This document shows, piece after piece, positions 18,070 to 26,377 of a stretch of DNA of 32,000 nt (positions are counted from its first letter, which is position 1; every line of letters starts with the position of its first letter). Below the pieces are notes generated by a model, which was not told where the DNA came from, searched no databases, and saw only the letters and a program-made list of their open reading frames with translations. Source of the DNA: Rickettsiales bacterium (GTDB lineage Bacteria > Pseudomonadota > Alphaproteobacteria > Rs-D84); the NCBI GenBank assembly GCA_031262525.1, contig JAISHM010000007.1, forward strand, positions 35,695 to 67,694, given 5' to 3'. Made by a program: the position numbers and the translations under genes.

Positions 18070-18400
18070 GCCCAGTATGAGGCAAACGATAAAAAAACAT
18101 TCAGACTTTTTATTCCCGCGCGACGCGGCGTCTTATAGAAGTCCTTATTTTACAATGCGCGCCCGCCCGACAAAATGGGATAGGGATGCGCGTTTTGGTA
18201 TCGTTGCGGCCAAAAAGGTATTAAAACTGGCCATTGCGCGCAATCGCGCAAAACGCTTGATTCGCGCCTGGCTGAATGAGTGCGCGGACGAGTTAAATCC
18301 AAACTTGGACTATGTCTTTATTGTTCGCGCTGATATTCTGAACGCGTCAAAAACAGATGGCGTGTCCGCGATACGCGCTGGACTGGCACAATTAAAATGA
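18068..18400 (+). CDS. rnpA: RNase P protein component
   Basis: [27 protein letters not shown]...[26 protein letters not shown] is the RnpA RNR motif region (A..RNR.KR..R). The true start may be ATG 18077. It sits immediately upstream of yidD as usual. Confidence 0.85.
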   Translation: MPSMRQTIKKHSDFLFPRDAASYRSPYFTMRARPTKWDRDARFGIVAAKKVLKLAIARNRAKRLIRAWLNECADELNPNLDYVFIVRADILNASKTDGVSAIRAGLAQLK

Positions 18401-18612
18401 AACATATTGCATTGTTTTTAATCGGATTTTATCAAAAATTTATTTCCCCAATTTTTGGCGGACGGGCGGTATGTCGTTTTAACCCAACTTGCAGCGAATA
18501 TACGCGCCAAGCCATAAAAAAGCACGGGGCATTGCGCGGAATTACAATGGGGGTGAGGCGAATTTTGCGGTGTCGTCCGGGTGGTGGATTCGGATATGAC
18601 CCTGTTCCTTGA
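18397..18612 (+). CDS. yidD: Membrane protein insertion efficiency factor YidD
   Basis: YQKFISP......[23 protein letters not shown]......RILRCRP....GYDPVP is the canonical YidD pattern. It overlaps the rnpA stop by 4 nt. Confidence 0.93.
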   Translation: MKHIALFLIGFYQKFISPIFGGRAVCRFNPTCSEYTRQAIKKHGALRGITMGVRRILRCRPGGGFGYDPVP

Positions 18613-18636
18613 CTTATACCCAGAATTTGCTAGAAT
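18609..18636 (+). promoter_or_regulatory. Putative accBC promoter
   Basis: TTGACT (18609-18614), 16-nt spacer, TAGAAT (18631-18636), overlapping the yidD stop. Confidence 0.4.
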
Positions 18637-18670
18637 ATAATCCAAGTTTAATAAAAACAAAGGACTTTTA

Positions 18671-19120
18671 ATGTCATTTCGTGCAACGGTCAAGGCAATG
18701 ACCAAAATTATGGATGAAATGGGTTTAACCGAATTGGACCTGGAACGACAATTTTTATTCGGAATTTATCGCAAGCATGTACATCTTTCACGTCAGGGTG
18801 CGCCCGTCGTAATGCCAACAACAACAATTGCGTCGCCATTGGCAAAAAATGCGTGCGACATATCACAAAACCCCACAGAATGTAATGAAAACGCGGTAAA
18901 ATCCCCAATGGTCGGCGTTGTTTATTTATCGTCTGAACCAGGCGCAAAACCATTTGTAAAGATTGGACAAAGCGTCAAAGCAGACGATACAATCTGTTTG
19001 ATAGAGGCAATGAAGACATTTAACCCTGTCTTGGCGGGGCGCGATGGTGTTGTGCGCGAAATTTTGATAAAGGACGGCGCAGCGGTGGAATTTAATACCC
19101 CACTGATTGTGATTGAATAA
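18671..19120 (+). CDS. accB: Acetyl-CoA carboxylase biotin carboxyl carrier protein
   Basis: The biotinyl-lysine motif CLIEAMKTFNPV sits in a C-terminal lipoyl-like domain. The N-terminus MDEMGLTELDLE is typical, and accC follows directly. Confidence 0.92.
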   Translation: MSFRATVKAMTKIMDEMGLTELDLERQFLFGIYRKHVHLSRQGAPVVMPTTTIASPLAKNACDISQNPTECNENAVKSPMVGVVYLSSEPGAKPFVKIGQSVKADDTICLIEAMKTFNPVLAGRDGVVREILIKDGAAVEFNTPLIVIE

Positions 19121-19126
19121 TTTACA

Positions 19127-20473
19127 ATGGCACAGATTAAAAAAGTTTTAATTGCGAATCGCGGTGAAATTGCACTGCGTATTATTCGTGCTTGTCGGGA
19201 TATGGGAATTCGCACGGTTGCCGTGTATTCCACCGCCGATATCAGTGCATCGCATGTGCATTTGGCGGACGAATCTGTATGTATTGGACCGGCATCGGTC
19301 CGTGATTCATATCTGAACGAATCGGCGATTTTAACGGCTGCTTTGCTGACCGGCGCCGACGCGATTCACCCAGGATATGGCTTTTTGTCCGAACGGGCAT
19401 CATTCGCACAAATGGTAGAATCACATAATTTAATTTGGATTGGGCCAGATTCTGCGACAATCGCAAAAATGGGGGACAAAGTTGCCGCCAAAGAAACCGC
19501 GGTTAAATGCGGGCTGCCCATTGTTCCGGGTTCGGATGGCGCGGTTGATTCAGTCAGTGATGCATTGGCAATCGCGGATAAAATCGGATATCCGGTTATG
19601 TTAAAGGCATCCGCCGGTGGCGGAGGCAAGGGAATGCGTCCAGTTATGAATGAATCTGAAATGGAATCGGCATTCACAATGACCAAGCGCGAGGCAGGCT
19701 CTGCCTTTGGCGATGACACGCTGTATATTGAAAAGTTATTATTGCATCCGCGTCATATAGAATTCCAGGTTCTGGCGGACCACCATGGGGGTGTTGTGAT
19801 TTTTGGCGAACGAGATTGCTCGCTGCAACGAAAAAATCAGAAAGTTATGGAAGAATGCCCAGCGGCAGTTTTATCACAAAAACAACGCGATGATATGATA
19901 GAAATATGTCGCAGCGCAGTAAAGAAAATGAAATACACAAATGCGGGTACTTTGGAATTTATGTTCGAGGGCGGACAATTTTACTTTTTAGAAATGAATA
20001 CCAGATTACAGGTTGAACATCCTGTCACGGAAATGGTGTATGGGGTTGATTTGGTTCGGGAACAGATTCGTATCGCCCAGGGTGAAAAACTGGGTTATAA
20101 CCAGGGAAATTTAACCCCAAACGGGCACGCGATAGAATTTCGTATAAATGCAGAAAATCCAGAAACCTTTATTCCAAATCCAGGAACGATTTCGTCATAC
20201 ACACCCGCGGGTGGGTTGGGGATACGGGTTGATTCTGCGGTTTATACAGGATACACAATTCCATCAAATTATGATTCACTGATTGCGAAATTGGTGGTAT
20301 GGGCGCCAACGCGCACCAGTGCGATAATGCGCGCAACACGCGCGTTGGACGAATTTGTCATAGAAGGTGTCCAAACAACAATCCCTTTACAGAAAAAATT
20401 ATTAAATGAAAAAGATGTTAAAACATTAAATTTTGACAATCATTGGCTAGAAAATTTTCTGGGTAAAAAATAA
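19127..20473 (+). CDS. accC: Acetyl-CoA carboxylase biotin carboxylase subunit
   Basis: KVLIANRGEIALRIIRAC, GYPVMLKASAGGGGKGMR, FLEMNTRLQVEHPVTE. Confidence 0.96.
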   Translation: MAQIKKVLIANRGEIALRIIRACRDMGIRTVAVYSTADISASHVHLADESVCIGPASVRDSYLNESAILTAALLTGADAIHPGYGFLSERASFAQMVESHNLIWIGPDSATIAKMGDKVAAKETAVKCGLPIVPGSDGAVDSVSDALAIADKIGYPVMLKASAGGGGKGMRPVMNESEMESAFTMTKREAGSAFGDDTLYIEKLLLHPRHIEFQVLADHHGGVVIFGERDCSLQRKNQKVMEECPAAVLSQKQRDDMIEICRSAVKKMKYTNAGTLEFMFEGGQFYFLEMNTRLQVEHPVTEMVYGVDLVREQIRIAQGEKLGYNQGNLTPNGHAIEFRINAENPETFIPNPGTISSYTPAGGLGIRVDSAVYTGYTIPSNYDSLIAKLVVWAPTRTSAIMRATRALDEFVIEGVQTTIPLQKKLLNEKDVKTLNFDNHWLENFLGKK

Positions 20474-20497
20474 TCCGCAATCGCGGATTATTTTTTT
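20465..20497. terminator. Palindromic bidirectional terminator, copy 2 of 2 identical copies
   Basis: A6 + taatccgc, loop aatc, gcggatta + T7. The core is identical to the copy at 8279-8312 and includes the accC stop codon. It lies between convergent accC and the autotransporter gene. Confidence 0.8.
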
Positions 20498-20505
20498 ACA
20501 AACAA

Positions 20506-23367
20506 TTAAAACTTTATCTTTGTCCCCATATTTAATGATACAGATTCAAATACAGACCCATTGTCATACGACACATCGCCATAAAAGTTTGTAGCGTCCC
20601 CAGCGCGGATATTTATACCCACACGCACATCAAATCCGTTGCCACCCATATCAGACACGAAATTATCATTTACCATTTTTATCTTTGTCGCCCCCATCCA
20701 TTCGCGATAAATTCCACCCTCTATAAACGGGCTGTAAATCGTTCCCAATCCGTTTTGCAACAACGATGCTTTCAATGCCATACGGGTTTGCAAACTGGTC
20801 GTATCACCATATTTTATCATATTGCCAAAGTTTGTAATTTCCCCATCACCAATGTTTTTGGCATAAATAACTTCGGCGCGTGGTTGCAAGGATAGTTGCG
20901 CAACTTTACCTTTTCCTTGCATCCAATCTGGCGCATCAACCAAAGTATTTTTTCCAAACGACAACACCCCTGTGATAAAATTCGCGCTCGCGTCATACTT
21001 TTGCTCTGTCCCGTCGTTTTTGATATTTTTCATTTGCATTTCTGTCCAAAAATATCGCGCCGACGCATTCGCAAACCAGCCATTATCATGAACATAGGTT
21101 GCATACAACCCCGCGCTGGGGATAGTCGCATTTCCGCCACCTGTGAATTCATTATCTTGGTCAATTTTTATATTGTCCGCATACATAAATCCACCCATTG
21201 CGCCAATATAAAGTTTTGCATCATCAAACGCGCCAGTTTCCAGGTCAAATCCTGTTTCAATTCCACCCAAATTCATTGTTGTTTTTGTATGGTCATTTAC
21301 CGAAACACGCTTTACAAACGGATGAAAATATAATCCAGATTCCCCGCCACCCGTCACAGTCAGTTCGTCCAGACGCTTGGTCAGTTCGTTCATACCTGTT
21401 TTAACCATCGCCAGATTTAACGCCGGCATATCCGCCGCCGATGCGCCCGCGCCTGATAACCCAGTGCGCGATATACGATATTCGCCCCCACCCAGCGACC
21501 GCGCAGAATACTCATACAAAGCCGTCTGTGTTTTATTATTTGATGCTGAAAAACTGACATTCGCCAAATCAGAATCCAACACCAATGATTTAAACACTTG
21601 AACATCAAATGAATCCGCTGATGAATCATTCACCATACCAAAACTGCGCAGGTTTATTATTGTTGCCGTGCTGTTTGTATCAATATCTGTGCTGATTATT
21701 ATCTGGTCTGATTTTTCAGTCGCACCATCAATATCTATATCAAAATTATTTGTCCCCACCAATTCAACATTTGCGATTTTCAAATTATTCAAGTCATAAT
21801 TTTTTAACGAGACAACCACATTATGGACATGCATATTTTTTATTTCGCCATAATCCGTTCCATCACCCCAAAAGTTGATAGTGCCACCCGTGATATTATT
21901 TCCGATTGCATTATTAAAAAACTGACCATAAACATTTGTAGTCCCACCCGACATATTAAACATACCATCAAAATTCTCGTTGATTGCATTTTCTTCAAAG
22001 GTCAATATACCAGAATGCGTTTTATTTATATAAACATCAACGCCCGATTTATTCGCAATTCCACCGCCAAAGATGGTTTCACCGCTCACCCCATCTATGT
22101 TTATATCCCCGCGTTCCCCTGCGTTATCGCCATTTCCGTCAATATAAATATCATTTGCAGCGCCCTTGGCAGTATTTCCAGAAAATTCGGTTATTCCGCC
22201 AGTTGTTGTGATATTGATTTCGCCATTCACCCCAGCCCCACCGGCCCCAACATTATTCTTCACCGTCATATAAATTGCACCGCCCAGACCACTACCAAAA
22301 TTCTGTGCCGTATTATCACGAAAAACGACCCCATCACCAATATTCAATGTTATATTGCTGTTTGGATTGGTTGAACGACTTTCCAGTCCAGCATAAATAG
22401 CACCCCCGCGTTGCGCAGAGGTATTGCTATCAAACACAGAATCATCACCAATGTTGATTGTTGATGTACCGGCATTTGTTCCTCCATTTATTCCATAGTG
22501 GTAAATTGCACCTCCCCCCGTTCCACCACCAGATGTATTTTGTGAAAATTCCGCATCTGTGCCGATGTTTGTCAGTTGGTTCATTCCAGAAATACCCCAG
22601 ACATAATTATATATTGCGCCACCACTTCTTGCCGCTTCATTTTCCGAAAAAATAGCATTGTTGCCGATTATTATTTCTGATGCGCTGGTAACACCATAAC
22701 GCGCCCGCGCGAATATAGCACCGCCACCAGAATCCCCCCCAGTAGAAGCGCCAGAATTTTTCGTAAATTCCGCATAATCCCCAATTGTTAAACTAACTTT
22801 GTTAATGGGATAGGGACTGCCCGACACATCCATACCAATCGCGCCACCACCATAACCGGATGGGGATGTGTCGGTATGTGAATTTCCATCAAATTTTACT
22901 CTATCGCCAATTGTGTATGTAATTGTGCCGCCATCTGTTTTCTGAAACCCGATTGTACCGCCAACTGGTCCAGATGTTTCGTTATCTGTAAATGTTGCGT
23001 TATCACCGATATCCAAATTTATTGCGCGTATCGCCCCCCCAGCCGTAGCGGAATTAAAATTTGACAGAGTTAAAGAATCCCCGATTGTTAATATCCCGTT
23101 TGTATTTTGTAATCCCGAATATAAACCATCCCCATCCAAAGTCATATTTTCACCTACTATGGCATAAGAAGACGCCGCGGTCGCCCATTCTGCATTCGTA
23201 ATATCAGCACCAAAAGTTATATCAGATGTTAAATTTATTTCTGTATCAGCATTTAATAACGCTGTTTTTAATTCGGTAAAGTCCGAAACATTTGTTGCCG
23301 CATTCGCGCCCAGCGCAACCAGTAATGAAAAAATTGAAATTGTGGATACTTTATAAATTTTTAACAT
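20506..23367 (-). CDS. Autotransporter outer-membrane protein with a Pmp-type (GGAI/FxxN repeat) passenger domain
   Basis: Signal peptide MLKIYKVSTISIFSLLVALGANAATN. At least 7 GGAI motifs (GGAIRA, GGAIGM, GGGAIFA, SGGAIYNY, GGGAIYHY, RGGAIYAG, GGAIYM) alternate with FxxN motifs (FTDN, FDGN, FTKN, FSEN, FSQN, FDSN, FRDN, FSGN). The C-terminal beta-barrel region ends ...NMGTKIKF. Confidence 0.85.
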   Translation of the reverse strand: MLKIYKVSTISIFSLLVALGANAATNVSDFTELKTALLNADTEINLTSDITFGADITNAEWATAASSYAIVGENMTLDGDGLYSGLQNTNGILTIGDSLTLSNFNSATAGGAIRAINLDIGDNATFTDNETSGPVGGTIGFQKTDGGTITYTIGDRVKFDGNSHTDTSPSGYGGGAIGMDVSGSPYPINKVSLTIGDYAEFTKNSGASTGGDSGGGAIFARARYGVTSASEIIIGNNAIFSENEAARSGGAIYNYVWGISGMNQLTNIGTDAEFSQNTSGGGTGGGAIYHYGINGGTNAGTSTINIGDDSVFDSNTSAQRGGAIYAGLESRSTNPNSNITLNIGDGVVFRDNTAQNFGSGLGGAIYMTVKNNVGAGGAGVNGEINITTTGGITEFSGNTAKGAANDIYIDGNGDNAGERGDINIDGVSGETIFGGGIANKSGVDVYINKTHSGILTFEENAINENFDGMFNMSGGTTNVYGQFFNNAIGNNITGGTINFWGDGTDYGEIKNMHVHNVVVSLKNYDLNNLKIANVELVGTNNFDIDIDGATEKSDQIIISTDIDTNSTATIINLRSFGMVNDSSADSFDVQVFKSLVLDSDLANVSFSASNNKTQTALYEYSARSLGGGEYRISRTGLSGAGASAADMPALNLAMVKTGMNELTKRLDELTVTGGGESGLYFHPFVKRVSVNDHTKTTMNLGGIETGFDLETGAFDDAKLYIGAMGGFMYADNIKIDQDNEFTGGGNATIPSAGLYATYVHDNGWFANASARYFWTEMQMKNIKNDGTEQKYDASANFITGVLSFGKNTLVDAPDWMQGKGKVAQLSLQPRAEVIYAKNIGDGEITNFGNMIKYGDTTSLQTRMALKASLLQNGLGTIYSPFIEGGIYREWMGATKIKMVNDNFVSDMGGNGFDVRVGINIRAGDATNFYGDVSYDNGSVFESVSLNMGTKIKF

Positions 23368-23439
23368 CGTATTTCCCTTGATTGTGTTAAATACAATTTT
23401 ATCAAAAATCGTGTTATAAACATAGGATAAAAATCGCGC

Positions 23440-23465
23440 AAAAAAGACGCCGCGATTGCGGCGTC
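23440..23465 (-). terminator. Intrinsic terminator after infC
   Basis: The minus strand reads GACGCCGC, loop AATC, GCGGCGTC, then T6. It shares the CCGCAATCGCGG core with the two palindromic terminators. Confidence 0.75.
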
Positions 23466-23468
23466 TTA

Positions 23469-24017
23469 TTATTTCGCAGGGGCGATTATAATTGACTTGG
23501 TCCGTTCGTCCGGTTTGGACTTGCTGTCCAGTGTCCCCCGGTCCCCAATCATCGTAATAATTTTATCAAATAACGGCGCAACTGCATTGCGTCCCTGGGC
23601 CAGAACCCTTTTACTGCCCTTGGTCATAACCGAAATTTTAACCTTGTCCCCGTCGGATAAAAACTCAAAAACTTTTTTCATTTTGATATTCAGGTCATTA
23701 TCCTCGATAAAAGGCTTTACCCAAACTTCTTTCATTTCATTGGTTTTTTGATGTTTTTTTGCCTCGGCCGCCTTTTTTTTCTGGTCATACTTGAACTTAC
23801 CATAATCCATAATTTTCGCAATCGGAGGCACCGAATTTGCATTTATTTCAACCAAATCCATTTGCGCATCAAGCGCCATTTGCAAAGCCTGGCTCGTCAC
23901 CATAACGCCCAAATTTTCGCCAGTTGCCGATATAACATGGACGCTTTTTGCAAAGATTTTATTATTCATACGCGGACCCGTGTCAGCGCGCTTATCACGA
24001 TTTATTGTCGGTTTTAT
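23469..24017 (-). CDS. infC: Translation initiation factor IF-3, probably with a non-AUG (AUA) start
   Basis: The conserved body is present (VHVISATGENLGVM...DLVEINANSVPPIAKIMDYGKFKY..KKK). The frame is open upstream of ATG 23969 back to a stop at 24041..24039. An in-frame ATA at 24017..24015 has GGGAG 6 nt upstream and restores the usual basic N-terminal tail. Confidence 0.8.
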   Translation of the reverse strand: MKPTINRDKRADTGPRMNNKIFAKSVHVISATGENLGVMVTSQALQMALDAQMDLVEINANSVPPIAKIMDYGKFKYDQKKKAAEAKKHQKTNEMKEVWVKPFIEDNDLNIKMKKVFEFLSDGDKVKISVMTKGSKRVLAQGRNAVAPLFDKIITMIGDRGTLDSKSKPDERTKSIIIAPAK

Positions 24018-24057
24018 TTTAGTCTCCCTTTGTAGAGTTCAGGTAAATCATAGTAAT

Positions 24058-24768
24058 TTATTTTAACTTTTTCAACAATTTTTGCAAAATTTCCCACGCG
24101 TCCTTTTTAAGCGATGGGTTTTGTATCAAAGTCTGAACAGATGGCACCGAAAACTTTTCACCCGAAAATTCATACCCAGCCGAAACATCGCCAAATGTCA
24201 ATAAAAATTCAGGTTTTGTAATTTCTATAAACTTATCTAAAAAAGGACGACATTGCACAATCTCTAAATCGGTCGGCGCGCGCCCACCCGGAGGACGCCA
24301 AAATACAACCGACGCAAGCGCGACATTATCGCGAGATAATTCAATCGCGCCAATCATTTTATCAAATAATTCCCCACCTATCCCTGAAAATAAAAAACCA
24401 TTTGCATCATCTTCGGTTGTTGGCGCATCGGTCAGAACCAATACCCGCCCTGTCCCGCGTGGAATTATCGTGTTTTTTGAAAACATTTTTAATGGGTGAT
24501 TTAATTCCGATATAACCGCGTTTAATTCGTCCAATGTTTTTATCTTGCCGATACTTTTGCGAATCGCATCAGTATTTATTGGCAACAATGGTGATGGCGA
24601 TACAGATTTTATTTCGGGGCTATCTGCGGTTGATTTTTTTGCTAAAACATTTGGAAATTCGTTTAATTCCCATCTGATTCCTGCTAAATCCAAATCTAAA
24701 ATGCTGTTTGTGTCCATGATTTTAATCCTGGGTGTGAATAATTCTTGATTTATTGTTGTTTTTATCAT
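24058..24768 (-). CDS. Uracil-DNA glycosylase superfamily (family 4-like) protein with degenerate catalytic motifs and an N-terminal extension
   Basis: GRVLVLTDAPTTEDDANGFLFSGIGGELFDKMIGAI...VVFWRPPGGRAPTDLEIVQCRPFL...PEFLLTFG follows the family-4 UDG scaffold (vGEAPG..Ed..G.PFvG.aG.lLd..L...CRPP.NR.P...E...C.P.L). Key residues are substituted. Confidence 0.6.
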   Translation of the reverse strand: MIKTTINQELFTPRIKIMDTNSILDLDLAGIRWELNEFPNVLAKKSTADSPEIKSVSPSPLLPINTDAIRKSIGKIKTLDELNAVISELNHPLKMFSKNTIIPRGTGRVLVLTDAPTTEDDANGFLFSGIGGELFDKMIGAIELSRDNVALASVVFWRPPGGRAPTDLEIVQCRPFLDKFIEITKPEFLLTFGDVSAGYEFSGEKFSVPSVQTLIQNPSLKKDAWEILQKLLKKLK

Positions 24769-24773
24769 AGAAT
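24745..24773 (+). promoter_or_regulatory. Putative pal promoter
   Basis: TTGATT (24745-24750), 17-nt spacer, TAGAAT (24768-24773). SD aagggag lies before ATG 24810. Confidence 0.4.
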
Positions 24774-24809
24774 ATACACTGAACCAAAAAATTACAAGGG
24801 AGTATTTTC

Positions 24810-25226
24810 ATGAAAATGCAAAATTTTGTTATGTTGGCCGGGGTCGCTACCTTGCTGACTGCTTGCGGTGGTCGCAGCGTTGTTGAACCATCGGATATGA
24901 ACAATCAAAGGGCATACTTTGATTTCAATTCTTCGGCAATCACCGAAGATGCACGGATAGACCTGTTGGGTCAATCCCTGTATATGAAAAACCACGCGGA
25001 TACAAAAATCCAAATCGCTGGAAATTGTGACGAACGTGGTTCCACAGAATACAACTTGGCATTGGGTGCGCGTCGCGCAAACGCGGCCAAGGCCGTTATG
25101 GTCAAAGATGGCGTGGATGCAAAACGCATTTCCACAATCTCTTATGGTAAAGAAAAACCATGGAAACTGGGCAGCGGTGAAAGCGTATGGAAATATAATC
25201 GTAACGCAACAACAACTGTTAAATAA
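24810..25226 (+). CDS. pal: Peptidoglycan-associated lipoprotein Pal (OmpA-family)
   Basis: Lipobox LLTAC. OmpA-like domain: YFDFNSSAI......L......L......IQIAGNCDERGSTEYNLALGARRANAAK..MV..GV...RISTISYGKEKP. Confidence 0.92.
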   Translation: MKMQNFVMLAGVATLLTACGGRSVVEPSDMNNQRAYFDFNSSAITEDARIDLLGQSLYMKNHADTKIQIAGNCDERGSTEYNLALGARRANAAKAVMVKDGVDAKRISTISYGKEKPWKLGSGESVWKYNRNATTTVK

Positions 25227-25244
25227 CAGGTTCATAAAATATAA

Positions 25245-25271
25245 CGCGGGCAAATTGCCCGCGTTTTTTTT
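25245..25271 (+). terminator. Intrinsic terminator after pal
   Basis: cgcgggc, loop aaatt, gcccgcg, followed by T8. Confidence 0.8.
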
Positions 25272-25312
25272 CTGCCTTGAATTATTTGTATTCACAGATT
25301 ATACTTTGACTT

Positions 25313-26377
25313 ATGAAGATTATGGACCGATATTTACTGCGTCAAATCGCATTATTTTTTGTGATGCTGTTGTTGATTTTAACAGGGCTGGCGTGGATGT
25401 TGCAAATTCTATCTATGTTAAAAATATTGATACAATATAATGTCAGTATTGGTGGGTTTATGGGGCTGACCACAATGTTGATTCCGTATATTATGACACT
25501 GATAATCCCATTCGCAATTTTTATTGCAACAATGTTTGTTTATAATCGTATGATATCCGACCGCGAAATCACGGTTATGATGGGCGCAGGGCTGTCGCCT
25601 GCGCGTATCGCGCACAGCGCGTTTTTATTGACTGGGGTAATAACCGCTGTGCATCTGCTGTTTAACTTGTGGTTGGTTCCCGCATCCCAAAATAATTTTT
25701 ACACCAAACAATGGGAAATACGATATGGTCTGGCGCATTTGGCGTTGCAAGAATCATCATTTAACAGACTTGCCGATGATATGGTGGTATTTGTTGACCG
25801 CGTCAATGACAAGGATATGTCAAATCTGATGTTGTTTGACAATCGTAATCCAAAAAATCAAATAATTGCGGTGGCACAGCGTGGAAAACTGATTGCAACA
25901 AATCGCGGAATGTCATTGGTTATGGACCATGGGTCTATCCAGTCAATGGGCGACGCATTTGTTGTTGGCACTTTTGATACATTTGATATGGATATGAATA
26001 TATCAGATAATCGTGCCGAAAACGCATTTCGTGCGCGACGAATCTCATCGCCTGCGTTGATAAAATCTGTGTCAATGCCCACAATTTTTTCAGAAACCGA
26101 GTATAAATCCCTGATTGCAGAGGTCGCAAATCGTTTCCTGATGCCTTTGATGGATATAATACTGGTTTTGATTGCGTCCATTGTGTTGCTAAAATCGTCT
26201 CTATTGCGTCGTAAAATGAGTATCGCGCCCGCAATCGCAACAATTGCAATGACAGGGGCAATGGCGTTATTTATGACTATTTCTGGGGTAATTACATCGG
26301 TGTCTGCGCTGATTGCGTTGGCGGCGGGTCAAATTATAACTATTATCTGTTTAATAATGGCACTGATAAAAAAATGA
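25313..26377 (+). CDS. LPS export ABC transporter permease, LptF/LptG (YjgP/YjgQ) family
   Basis: N-terminus MDRYLLRQIALFF, six hydrophobic segments and a central periplasmic domain. Its stop overlaps the lptD start by 4 nt. Confidence 0.85.
   Translation: MKIMDRYLLRQIALFFVMLLLILTGLAWMLQILSMLKILIQYNVSIGGFMGLTTMLIPYIMTLIIPFAIFIATMFVYNRMISDREITVMMGAGLSPARIAHSAFLLTGVITAVHLLFNLWLVPASQNNFYTKQWEIRYGLAHLALQESSFNRLADDMVVFVDRVNDKDMSNLMLFDNRNPKNQIIAVAQRGKLIATNRGMSLVMDHGSIQSMGDAFVVGTFDTFDMDMNISDNRAENAFRARRISSPALIKSVSMPTIFSETEYKSLIAEVANRFLMPLMDIILVLIASIVLLKSSLLRRKMSIAPAIATIAMTGAMALFMTISGVITSVSALIALAAGQIITIICLIMALIKK

Noticed and set aside
21823-22374. 183-aa plus-strand ORF, and several 65-145-aa ORFs inside 20896-22655.
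   Set aside because: All are antisense to the Pmp autotransporter, whose repeat structure, signal peptide and beta-barrel establish the minus-strand frame.
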